Shown here in pieces: positions 8,573-16,168 of a stretch of DNA of 32,000 bases; position 1 is the stretch's first letter; each line of letters starts with the position of its first letter. The DNA lies in NCBI RefSeq assembly GCF_043950625.1, contig NZ_CP171007.1; one strand, given 5' to 3'. The stretch is from Alkanindiges sp. WGS2144 (GTDB lineage: Bacteria; Pseudomonadota; Gammaproteobacteria; Pseudomonadales; Moraxellaceae). The notes under the pieces are model-generated. The model saw only the letters and a program-made list of their open reading frames with translations, did not search any database and had not been told where the DNA came from. The position numbers and the translations under genes are program-made.

Positions 8573-9793
8573 ATGGGGGAGATCATGGCAGAGGGAGCCT
8601 TACAATTTAAGCATTCTGATAATTCATGGAAAGAACTCGAAATTCCGGAAGGCTGTGATGATGCAAAAAAGGAAGAGATCGAAGCCAACAGGCAAAAATT
8701 ATCTGACATTTTATTACAAGCTTTGCAAATGCCTAATTTGGCATTTTTTGCGGGGAGTGGAACATCGTTAGGTGAGACTAATGCCCCTAGCATGTGGAAA
8801 TTATGGCAGTTTGCTATGGTGACAAATCCAGATGATAAGGAGTGTGAGGAATTAACGCCTGAAGCAGAGAGAATAGTTAGTATAGTCAACTACAGCTTAA
8901 TGAAGCCAAACATTGAACACTTCTTATCAAACTGTGATGCTTACTTAAATATTTATGAGGATGATACTCAGGTTAAGCAATTCATCATAGAAGTTAAAAA
9001 AATCATTTTAAATAAATGCACTTTAGATTTTGATGAAACTGAGCATGATATTTCCACTTATGAACAATTAATTAATAAGCTCTCTAAAAGACGAGCACGT
9101 GACCCACGTTTAAAAGTATTCACTACTAATTATGATATGTGCTTTGAAACCGCAGCTTCAAATTTGGGGAAAGTTGTCGTTGATGGATTTTCCTATACCA
9201 GAGAAAGAAAGTTCGATGGTAAGTACTTCCAGTACGATATTGTGCAGCGTGATAGCGAAAAGCATGATTTTATAGAAGGAATTTTCCAGCTTTATAAACT
9301 ACATGGTTCAGTTTCGTGGGAAAGAAGTGAGGCTAACCCCAGTGAAGTATATGAAAAATTAAATCCTGATCCTGAGCGTGCAGCAATTATTTATCCCGCA
9401 AAAAACAAATATCAGCAAGCGTTTATTCAGCCACATTTGGAGCTATTAGCACGATTCTTTGATTATTTAAGGCTACCGAATGCTTGCCTAGTTGTTTCAG
9501 GGTTTGGCTTTAAGGATGATCACTTATCTGAACCTATTTGTGCAGCTATAAAATCAAACCCTAGCTTAAAGCTAATTATTGCTGATATAGAGGCATATAA
9601 GCATATTGAAAACCTTAGAATAGATTCAAGTAGTTACTGGCAGGAATTTAAAAATTTAGCTGAAAAAGGTGCAGATATAACTTTTGTTAATGCTGATTTT
9701 AAAGACTTTGTTGTTTTAATTCCCGACTTGCAAAGTTTAACTCCAGCGGAGAAGCTGGCTAAAGCGGTGCAAAATCTGAACCGAAGAACATAA
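8573..9793 (+). CDS. SIR2-like (SIR2_2 type) NAD+-binding/NADase domain protein, the predicted effector of a SIR2-HerA defence pair.
   Basis: Gly-rich dinucleotide loop FFAGSGTS (nt 8744-8767). TTNYD with the conserved Asn (nt 9122-9136, N186). KLHGS with the conserved His (nt 9296-9310, H244). These three motifs in this order and spacing are the hallmark of prokaryotic SIR2-family defence proteins. An alternative start at ATG 8585 lies just after GGGGGAG (8575-8581). The gene is strongly AT-rich relative to its flanks. Confidence 0.8.
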   Translation: MGEIMAEGALQFKHSDNSWKELEIPEGCDDAKKEEIEANRQKLSDILLQALQMPNLAFFAGSGTSLGETNAPSMWKLWQFAMVTNPDDKECEELTPEAERIVSIVNYSLMKPNIEHFLSNCDAYLNIYEDDTQVKQFIIEVKKIILNKCTLDFDETEHDISTYEQLINKLSKRRARDPRLKVFTTNYDMCFETAASNLGKVVVDGFSYTRERKFDGKYFQYDIVQRDSEKHDFIEGIFQLYKLHGSVSWERSEANPSEVYEKLNPDPERAAIIYPAKNKYQQAFIQPHLELLARFFDYLRLPNACLVVSGFGFKDDHLSEPICAAIKSNPSLKLIIADIEAYKHIENLRIDSSSYWQEFKNLAEKGADITFVNADFKDFVVLIPDLQSLTPAEKLAKAVQNLNRRT

Positions 9794-9795
9794 TC

Positions 9796-11520
9796 ATGTT
9801 TAAAGAGCAGCAAGGTATTTTAAGGGAAGAGCTAAGACTAGGTGTGGTTGCTTCCGTCTCTGCCCAGTTTGTAAAGGTCAATTTGGCTCAAGCAGGTAAT
9901 GTAAGTGGAACTTATATTTGCGGTAACCGCTATGGCTTAGGCGAAGTAGGTGAATTTGTCATTATCGAAGCTCAGCGAACTATAAATCTGGGTAGAATCA
10001 CAGAGGTAAAATTACCAGAGCGAGACCGCACCGAAGTTACGCAAGATTATGACGGTAAAGGTGGGCTAGATGCTATTGGTTTTGTACAGCTACTAGGCTC
10101 TGTTGATTTGAATAACCTGAAGGTACAGGCTGGGGTGGTTTCCTATCCAAGGCTAGGCGATAGAGTATATGCTGCACCGTCTATTCTATTGGCATTGATT
10201 CCTAGCCTGCTAAATAGCGGCGTAGAGGATTGTGGCGATGACCCGGACTCAGCGCTTTTAATTGAATTAGGGGAGGTTACAGGGGAGCTAGGCTGCAAGA
10301 TCAGGGTTAGTCCTGAAAAATTATTCGGTCGACATTGTGCTATTTTGGGCTCAACTGGCGGAGGCAAGAGCTGGACGACTGCGAAAATTATTGAAGAGTG
10401 TGCCAAGTTTAAAAATGCAAAAATAATAGTGATAGATGCTACAGGAGAATATCGGGGTTTGGATGAAGGTTATACTGGGCATTATCATTTGTGTAGCCCT
10501 TTAAGTGTTCATCCAAGTTCTGTCCCCATATTAATCCCACCTACAAATTTTGTTGAAAGTGATTTTGTAGCATTATTTGAACCCTCTTCCAAAGTACAAG
10601 CTCCCAAATTTAAGGAAGCTATTAAAAGTTTACGATTAGTTGAGTTGGTTCCTAGCTTGGCTAATAATAAAGGATACCTATCAAAAATAAATTTACCAAA
10701 AAAGCCCTATAATGATGCATTAAAAAAAGATGGCAACTATAAGAGAGTGGATAATCCCGGTTTATCATTTAACGTAGATCTACTTCCCTTGCAGATTAAA
10801 GAGGAGTGTTGCAGAAATGATTCAAGTGAAGGATGGGGCAAGCTTGATGACTTTAATTTCTCCGCTTGTCTAACTTTGTTGACCCGTATCTACTATGTAA
10901 TAAATGCCCCATCCTTTAAGGCAGTTTTTAATAAAGAGGAAAAACTAGACGATTTTGATACTGTATTTAATAGTTTTTTTGAAGGAAATAAAAAAATCTT
11001 CAGATTATGCCTGAGTGATGTAAGTTATGAGTTTAATGCTCGAGAGATTATTTCCAATGTCATCGGTCGAAAACTTTTAGAGCTTGCCCGGGAGGGAAAG
11101 TTTAAAGAACGACCTTTAGTAGTTTTTGTGGATGAAGCGCATAACTTTTTGGGTAAAAAAATCGGTTTGGAAGAACATGCTGCAAAGCTTGATGCATTTG
11201 AGCTTATAGCCAAGGAAGGTCGCAAATATGGTTTAAATATTTGCCTCACAACTCAGAGGCCGCGTGATATTACTGAAGGCGTACTTAGCCAGATGGGTAC
11301 ACTCATTGTTCATCGGCTAACTAATGATAAAGATAGAGAAGTTGTTGAGCGTGCCTGTGGTGAGCTGGATCGCACAGCAACTGCTTTTTTACCCAATTTG
11401 AAGCAGGGTGAAGTCGCGCTGGTCGGTGTGGACTTTCCAATTCCGATGTCTGTACAGGTGGATAAACCGAACGCTCGACCTAAATCTGATGGCGCAGATT
11501 TTCAGAAAAACTGGAATTAA
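9796..11520 (+). CDS. HerA-like (FtsK/HerA superfamily, DUF87-type) hexameric ATPase/helicase, partner of the SIR2 protein.
   Basis: N-terminal barrel-like segment (LGVVASVSAQFVKVNL...GEFVIIE...LGRITEV). Walker A GSTGGGKSWT (nt 10348-10377, K191). Walker B VVFVDEAH (nt 11119-11142, D446/E447). A downstream TTQRPRD and LIVHRL follow. The start ATG is 2 nt after the SIR2 stop codon. Confidence 0.8.
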   Translation: MFKEQQGILREELRLGVVASVSAQFVKVNLAQAGNVSGTYICGNRYGLGEVGEFVIIEAQRTINLGRITEVKLPERDRTEVTQDYDGKGGLDAIGFVQLLGSVDLNNLKVQAGVVSYPRLGDRVYAAPSILLALIPSLLNSGVEDCGDDPDSALLIELGEVTGELGCKIRVSPEKLFGRHCAILGSTGGGKSWTTAKIIEECAKFKNAKIIVIDATGEYRGLDEGYTGHYHLCSPLSVHPSSVPILIPPTNFVESDFVALFEPSSKVQAPKFKEAIKSLRLVELVPSLANNKGYLSKINLPKKPYNDALKKDGNYKRVDNPGLSFNVDLLPLQIKEECCRNDSSEGWGKLDDFNFSACLTLLTRIYYVINAPSFKAVFNKEEKLDDFDTVFNSFFEGNKKIFRLCLSDVSYEFNAREIISNVIGRKLLELAREGKFKERPLVVFVDEAHNFLGKKIGLEEHAAKLDAFELIAKEGRKYGLNICLTTQRPRDITEGVLSQMGTLIVHRLTNDKDREVVERACGELDRTATAFLPNLKQGEVALVGVDFPIPMSVQVDKPNARPKSDGADFQKNWN

Positions 11521-11525
11521 AAAAT

Positions 11526-12218
11526 ATGAAAAGCAAAACTAAAGTTTTTACTTTATTGTCCATTTTAGCTGTTAGCTCAGCTAATGCCACTACTTTCCAA
11601 ATAAACAACGGCTCCAGCTTATACGATACCAAACTCATGGTTGATCACTGCGATAAAGAGGAATGCTCAGGTAAGGGGGAGATTTTCCTGTATAAAAAAG
11701 GCAGCAAGCAGGTTTTTCAGCGTTTAACGTCAGATGATTTGTTTTTTTATTTACAAGAAAACCAGCAACCCAGCGTGAATGTCATTCAGCTGTACGATGA
11801 ACAAAGCCCGCTGATTTTTGAAGATTTTAATTTTGATGGACAACAGGATTTAGCCATTCGCAATGGTAATCAAGGCAGCTATGGTGGCCCCTCCTATGAT
11901 GTGTACGTATTTAATAAAACCCGGCAAAAATTTGTGCCAAGTAGCGAGCTCACTGCTTTAACCTATGAAAATCTGGGCATGTTTCAAACCGATAGCAAGC
12001 GTCAGCGTTTAGCCACCTTTGCCAAATCAGGCTGCTGTTTTCATGTGACTTCAGAATATGCCGTGATTCCCGGTAAGGGCTTAAAGCTGGTGTATGAATT
12101 TGTTGAAGATGCAATGGGTGGCGAGCAGGTCACGGTGACCAGCAGAAGCTATAATTTAAACACTAAAAAATGGCATACTAAAGTCAAAAAATATCCGCTG
12201 GATCAATATTATCAATAA
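11526..12218 (+). CDS. Secreted/periplasmic protein of unknown function with an FG-GAP/calcium-loop-like motif.
   Basis: Cleavable signal peptide MKSKTKVFTLLSILAVSSANA. It contains FNFDGQQDLAIRNGNQGSYGG, a DxDxD-G-like loop. The start is 5 nt after the HerA stop. GC content returns to host-like values after the signal-peptide region. Confidence 0.6.
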   Translation: MKSKTKVFTLLSILAVSSANATTFQINNGSSLYDTKLMVDHCDKEECSGKGEIFLYKKGSKQVFQRLTSDDLFFYLQENQQPSVNVIQLYDEQSPLIFEDFNFDGQQDLAIRNGNQGSYGGPSYDVYVFNKTRQKFVPSSELTALTYENLGMFQTDSKRQRLATFAKSGCCFHVTSEYAVIPGKGLKLVYEFVEDAMGGEQVTVTSRSYNLNTKKWHTKVKKYPLDQYYQ

Positions 12219-12453
12219 GCAAAATTATCGATTATCAAATTGATTGGCATAAAACCTAAATATTAAAATAATGCATGTCCCAATTTGACAAGACTTTAAT
12301 TCTTGTAAAGCAGGCTTTATTTAATTCGCTAAACAAAGCCATGCGACATTTACCTATGTAGGAGAGAGGTAAACCGTACAGCAGTAAAGCAAGCCGCGAA
12401 GCAAATAAGCGAGCCACGTAGCTGTAAGGCAACTCACTGAAAGATAAAATGAA

Positions 12454-13494
12454 CTAAGCAGCTCTTTTAAAGCGTTTAACCACGGTTGCATTTTTTATAT
12501 AGCCATTATTGACAAACCATTCCAAAGAATCATGCAGGGTTTGTTCAAGCGGACGAACCGTTAGGCCAAGTTCATTGCGTGCTTTGGCGGCATTGACAAT
12601 ACAACCCTGTTTTGCCATTTTAATTTCGATAGGCGTAAGCAGCGGTGGAATTTTGGTAAAACGTGCTGAGGCTGTCATACCAATGGCTACGCCTTTGAGT
12701 AGGAACTCAGGCAAGTGCAACACACGGTTCTTCACTCCACAAATACGTAGCACACGGCGCAACATATCAGTATAGGTATAATTTTCACCACCTAAAATAT
12801 AACTTTCACCGGTACGACCTTTTTCCATTGCCAACACATGTCCCATCGCACAGTCGCGCACATCAATAATATTTACTTCAGAGTTAACGGCCAAAGGCAC
12901 AGGAAAACGGAAAATATCCATCACCATACGACCTGTTGGTGTAGGGCCAACATCGCCAGGACCCATGGGTAGGGCAGGGCAGACAATCACTACATCCAGC
13001 CCTTTTTGTGCATAATCTTCAGCAATACGATGTGAATCATACTTGCTTTTGGCGTAAATCATATCGCCTGCGCTAAAGGGCGAGGTTTCATCGCTGACTT
13101 TATCGGGTCCCTGCCCCGTAAAGCAAATCATTGAGCTGGTATACACCACACGCTTTACGTTTTGTTTAAGACATTCTTCCATGAGTAAGCGAGTGCCACC
13201 CACGTTGATACGATCCATGGCAGACATATCAGGCAACCAAAAGGCATAAATCGCTGCCAGATGAAAGACCACATCACATCCATTCACTGCTCGCGCAACA
13301 TCATCGGCATTGGTAATATCTCCAGCCATGAGTTCCAAGCCTTTAGTACCTTCAAGGTTTAAAAGGTTTTCTTTAGGCAAATGTAAAATACGTAGCTTGG
13401 TCGAGGGATAGCGCTCTTGCAGAATCTTAACGATATTTGAGCCAATAAATCCTGCACCACCAGTAAGTAATATTTGCTTGGGTTCAAACGTCAT
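12454..13494 (-). CDS. NAD(P)-dependent epimerase/dehydratase-family (extended SDR) oxidoreductase.
   Basis: N-terminal Rossmann motif LLTGGAGFIGSNIV and catalytic YAKSK (YxxxK). GGGAG Shine-Dalgarno about 10 nt upstream of the ATG. Substrate cannot be assigned from the sequence alone. Confidence 0.8.
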   Translation of the reverse strand: MTFEPKQILLTGGAGFIGSNIVKILQERYPSTKLRILHLPKENLLNLEGTKGLELMAGDITNADDVARAVNGCDVVFHLAAIYAFWLPDMSAMDRINVGGTRLLMEECLKQNVKRVVYTSSMICFTGQGPDKVSDETSPFSAGDMIYAKSKYDSHRIAEDYAQKGLDVVIVCPALPMGPGDVGPTPTGRMVMDIFRFPVPLAVNSEVNIIDVRDCAMGHVLAMEKGRTGESYILGGENYTYTDMLRRVLRICGVKNRVLHLPEFLLKGVAIGMTASARFTKIPPLLTPIEIKMAKQGCIVNAAKARNELGLTVRPLEQTLHDSLEWFVNNGYIKNATVVKRFKRAA

Positions 13495-13656
13495 GCTTCT
13501 TAAGCTCCCTTTAAGTGAATGTGGTAAGACTATTATTTATAAGCTAAAACTGCTGCTTTAAGACACGTGATATACGTATTGTAAGTATTAATACCTCAAA
13601 AAACGGTCAAGAGAAGTGGCAAAATAGTTAAAAATCCTAAATATTTTGGTAGATTA

Positions 13657-13668
13657 AGATTTAAGGTA
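13657..13668. promoter_or_regulatory. Copy (reverse orientation) of a 12-nt motif, TACCTTAAATCT, shared with the acyl-CoA synthetase upstream region.
   Basis: AGATTTAAGGTA at 13657-13668 is the exact reverse complement of TACCTTAAATCT at 15889-15900. It lies in the divergent region between the SDR gene and the 113-aa ORF. Confidence 0.3.
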
Positions 13669-13770
13669 TCAATCTATGCGCACGTGTCGTAAAACCAGAT
13701 AAGGTAATTGGAATATGAGCAATGACTTTATTTTAAAAGGCCTCGCACTCAGTTAGAGCGTAGCGATGCC

Positions 13771-14112
13771 ATGCGCATGCGTTTAATTGAAGTCACGGCA
13801 GAATATTTGATGAAGCGTTTTTACAGGGTGCTTAGTAAGATGTTTCCCGCCATGGATGGATCGGAAGACCGACATATCAATGCGCAATCTGCCGATGCAA
13901 CCATTTTTTTTGAACATTATTTAAAATTGTGGGTTCAGGTTTTGGTTAGCCATCTGCACGGTAAAGTCAAATCTGATACTGAAATTAACCTTGATCAAGC
14001 CATAGCCTGGATAGTGCGTTTCATTTCGATTCAATATCATTTGAAAAAAACTAAGGGGCGCCAATCATTATTTAACGTCCCTTATTTATTGACCATCAGC
14101 AAGTTTGATTAA
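13771..14112 (+). CDS. Hypothetical 113-aa protein, possibly the remnant of a decayed regulator gene.
   Basis: The ORF has no recognisable motifs. The in-frame upstream sequence reads RPRTQLERSDAMRMRLIE, which resembles a TetR-family N-terminus. It is separated by a frame change from a short ORF starting at 13715 (MSNDFILKGLALS*). Its 3' end overlaps the convergent synthetase gene by 4 nt. Confidence 0.3.
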   Translation: MRMRLIEVTAEYLMKRFYRVLSKMFPAMDGSEDRHINAQSADATIFFEHYLKLWVQVLVSHLHGKVKSDTEINLDQAIAWIVRFISIQYHLKKTKGRQSLFNVPYLLTISKFD

Positions 14113-15806
14113 GCCCAGACGATTTTAGTTTGGGCTGACTCCCACTCTGGCACCTGTGTATGGTAATGCTGCTCAATCTGGTGACGGCGAATTTTTAGGG
14201 TAGGGGTCAACAGATCATTTTCAATGCTCCAGCGTTCAGTGATGAGCACCAGCTTAGCCAGTTTTTCATGCGCTTCTAATTGCTGGTTAATATGGGTCAG
14301 TAGCTCATCATAACTGCTGGTCAGTTCTTGCTGGTGGCTGGCGTGCTGTTGCAGTTTGGCGACGCTTTCTTCAGAGAGCATGACCAGGGCGACAGGGCTG
14401 TTCAGGTTACTGCCCACCACGCACACCGATTCTGTATGCGGATGATTACTTAATAATTGTTCAATGGGTACTGGCGCAACATATTTACCTTTGCTGGTTT
14501 TAAACAGATCCTTCACCCGACCAGTGATAAATAAAAAGCCGTCCTTATCAATACTGCCCATATCGCCGGTACGCAAAAAGTTGTCTTTATCTATCGCCTC
14601 TGCAGTTTTTTCTAAATCTTTGTAATAACCCAGCATGGTGGCCGGGCTTTTAACCAGAATCTCACCTTGTTCACTGATTTTGCATTCCACTTCTGGGCAA
14701 GCATGGCCTACCGAACCCGTGCGTACCTGTCCAAGCCGGCTTAGGTGTGAGTAGGCAAAGTTTTCAGTCATTCCGTAGGCATCCTGCAAGGTGAGCCCCA
14801 GTTTTCGATACCAGTTGATAATATCCGGTGCCAAAGGTGCAGAGCCAGTGGCAGCAATACGCACATGATCCAGCCCCAGCTTTTTTAAAATAAATTTCTT
14901 GGCAAATTTTGAAAGTACCGGCACTTTAAAGACGGCATTTTGCAGTTTAGGCGGTAGTTTGGCGTTAATGCCCTGCTGGAATTTGACCCACAGCCGTGGC
15001 ACCGAGAAAAATATGGTCGGTCGTGCGCGTTGCAGGTCTTGTAAAAAAGTGTCCAGACTTTCGGTAAAATACACTTGAACACCATAATATGGTGCGATGG
15101 TTCCTACAATAAAGCGTTCGGCTGCATGTGCCAGTGGCAGATAGGACAATATGCGGTCATCCGGGCTGAGAGGGAAAACACCATGGCCGTGTTTGGCGGC
15201 ATTGATCATATTTTGTTGGTTATGCATTACGCCTTTGGCACGTCCGGTGCTGCCAGAGGTATACATGATGGTGGCTAAATCCTCTGGTTGGGGCAGCTTT
15301 AGGTCATCATTGGTCAGAGGCGAGTAATTTTTAATAATACTGTCCAGGCTCACCGCATTGGCAACGGGTGGAGCAAAAGGCAGCGTGATCTTGGGCAAGG
15401 CATCCGGTACACCCTGTTTCATGTCTGGCCAGGTATCGGTGCTGCCATCCAGCTTGCCAATAATCATTAGCCTGGCTTCGCTGTGCTCAATTACGTAACG
15501 CAAGTTTTCTGCATTCATGGTGTAATACACCGGCACGCTCACATGGCCGGCAGCCATAATGGCTAGATCGGCTAGCAACCATTCAGCCGAGTTTTTACCC
15601 AACAGTACAATATTGCTGTGAGGGGGTAAATCAAGACTAATCAGATAATGTGCCAGTCGCCGTACAGTATCGGCTGCCTGCTTCCAGGTATAGGTTTTGA
15701 CCTGGCTGTTGCCGATGGGCTGGGTGAGCCATATGTTGTCGGGAGTATGGTACTCCCAGTTAAGTAAACAGTGGACGAGTGTACGACGATCAAATGTGTT
15801 GGACAT
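14109..15806 (-). CDS. AMP-dependent synthetase/ligase, long-chain fatty acid-CoA ligase-like.
   Basis: AMP-binding motif MYTSGSTGRAKGV, YGMTE, and TGDMG...DGFLFITGRVKDLFKTSKGKYV. The ATG at 15806 (MSNTFDRR, with AAGG about 8 nt upstream) is preferred over the track start at 15848. Confidence 0.85.
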   Translation of the reverse strand: MSNTFDRRTLVHCLLNWEYHTPDNIWLTQPIGNSQVKTYTWKQAADTVRRLAHYLISLDLPPHSNIVLLGKNSAEWLLADLAIMAAGHVSVPVYYTMNAENLRYVIEHSEARLMIIGKLDGSTDTWPDMKQGVPDALPKITLPFAPPVANAVSLDSIIKNYSPLTNDDLKLPQPEDLATIMYTSGSTGRAKGVMHNQQNMINAAKHGHGVFPLSPDDRILSYLPLAHAAERFIVGTIAPYYGVQVYFTESLDTFLQDLQRARPTIFFSVPRLWVKFQQGINAKLPPKLQNAVFKVPVLSKFAKKFILKKLGLDHVRIAATGSAPLAPDIINWYRKLGLTLQDAYGMTENFAYSHLSRLGQVRTGSVGHACPEVECKISEQGEILVKSPATMLGYYKDLEKTAEAIDKDNFLRTGDMGSIDKDGFLFITGRVKDLFKTSKGKYVAPVPIEQLLSNHPHTESVCVVGSNLNSPVALVMLSEESVAKLQQHASHQQELTSSYDELLTHINQQLEAHEKLAKLVLITERWSIENDLLTPTLKIRRHQIEQHYHTQVPEWESAQTKIVWA

Positions 15807-15888
15807 GATGCTACCTTGTCTGGCAAATGCCAGCTCCCTGAAAGTCATTGTTATTAATCGATTGGCTAAACTTCGGTATTAATCCAAG

Positions 15889-15906
15889 TACCTTAAATCT
15901 AAGGTA
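15889..15906. promoter_or_regulatory. Perfect 7-bp-arm palindrome TACCTTA-AATC-TAAGGTA upstream of the acyl-CoA synthetase gene, a candidate operator.
   Basis: Read directly from the sequence. It lies 83 nt upstream of the preferred start at 15806. Its first 12 nt recur at 13657-13668 on the other strand. Confidence 0.3.
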
Positions 15907-16168
15907 TAAAATTTACCTGATATTCCTGGCTTAATTTTTAAACTATCCTTGGTTCATCTTAAAGTCAACTGTAAAAACGCATGATTTGACCATAGCCAGA
16001 TGAGCTGGTTTTAAAAATATATCTTATTCATGCAGCACAAGCTGCTCTGTGGGGTTAAAGCGTTTGATCAGATAATCACTGCCCGGACGTTAAGAAAATA
16101 CTGAAATGCATGAGGCCAGAAAATTTTTGCTATTATCCTTGCCATTCAGTTTTAAATAAAGGTTCACT

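Noticed and set aside
8494-8889. 131-aa minus-strand ORF spanning the yejF end and the SIR2 start.
   Set aside because: It is antisense to two motif-bearing genes, and its translation has no recognisable features. AT-rich DNA with few stops in that frame explains it.
10143-11249. Minus-strand ORFs 10143-10406 and 11025-11249 inside the HerA-like gene.
   Set aside because: They are antisense to the Walker A and Walker B regions of a clearly coding frame, with low-complexity Ser/Pro-rich translations.
12369-12443. Three loosely similar ~20-nt units (GTAAAGCAAGCCGCGAAGCA / AATAAGCGAGCCACGTAGCT / GTAAGGCAACTCACTGAAAG) downstream of the SDR gene.
   Set aside because: By eye, similarity between the units is only about 60-70%, there are only three copies, and no flanking structure is present. 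That is not enough to call a tandem repeat or CRISPR-like array.
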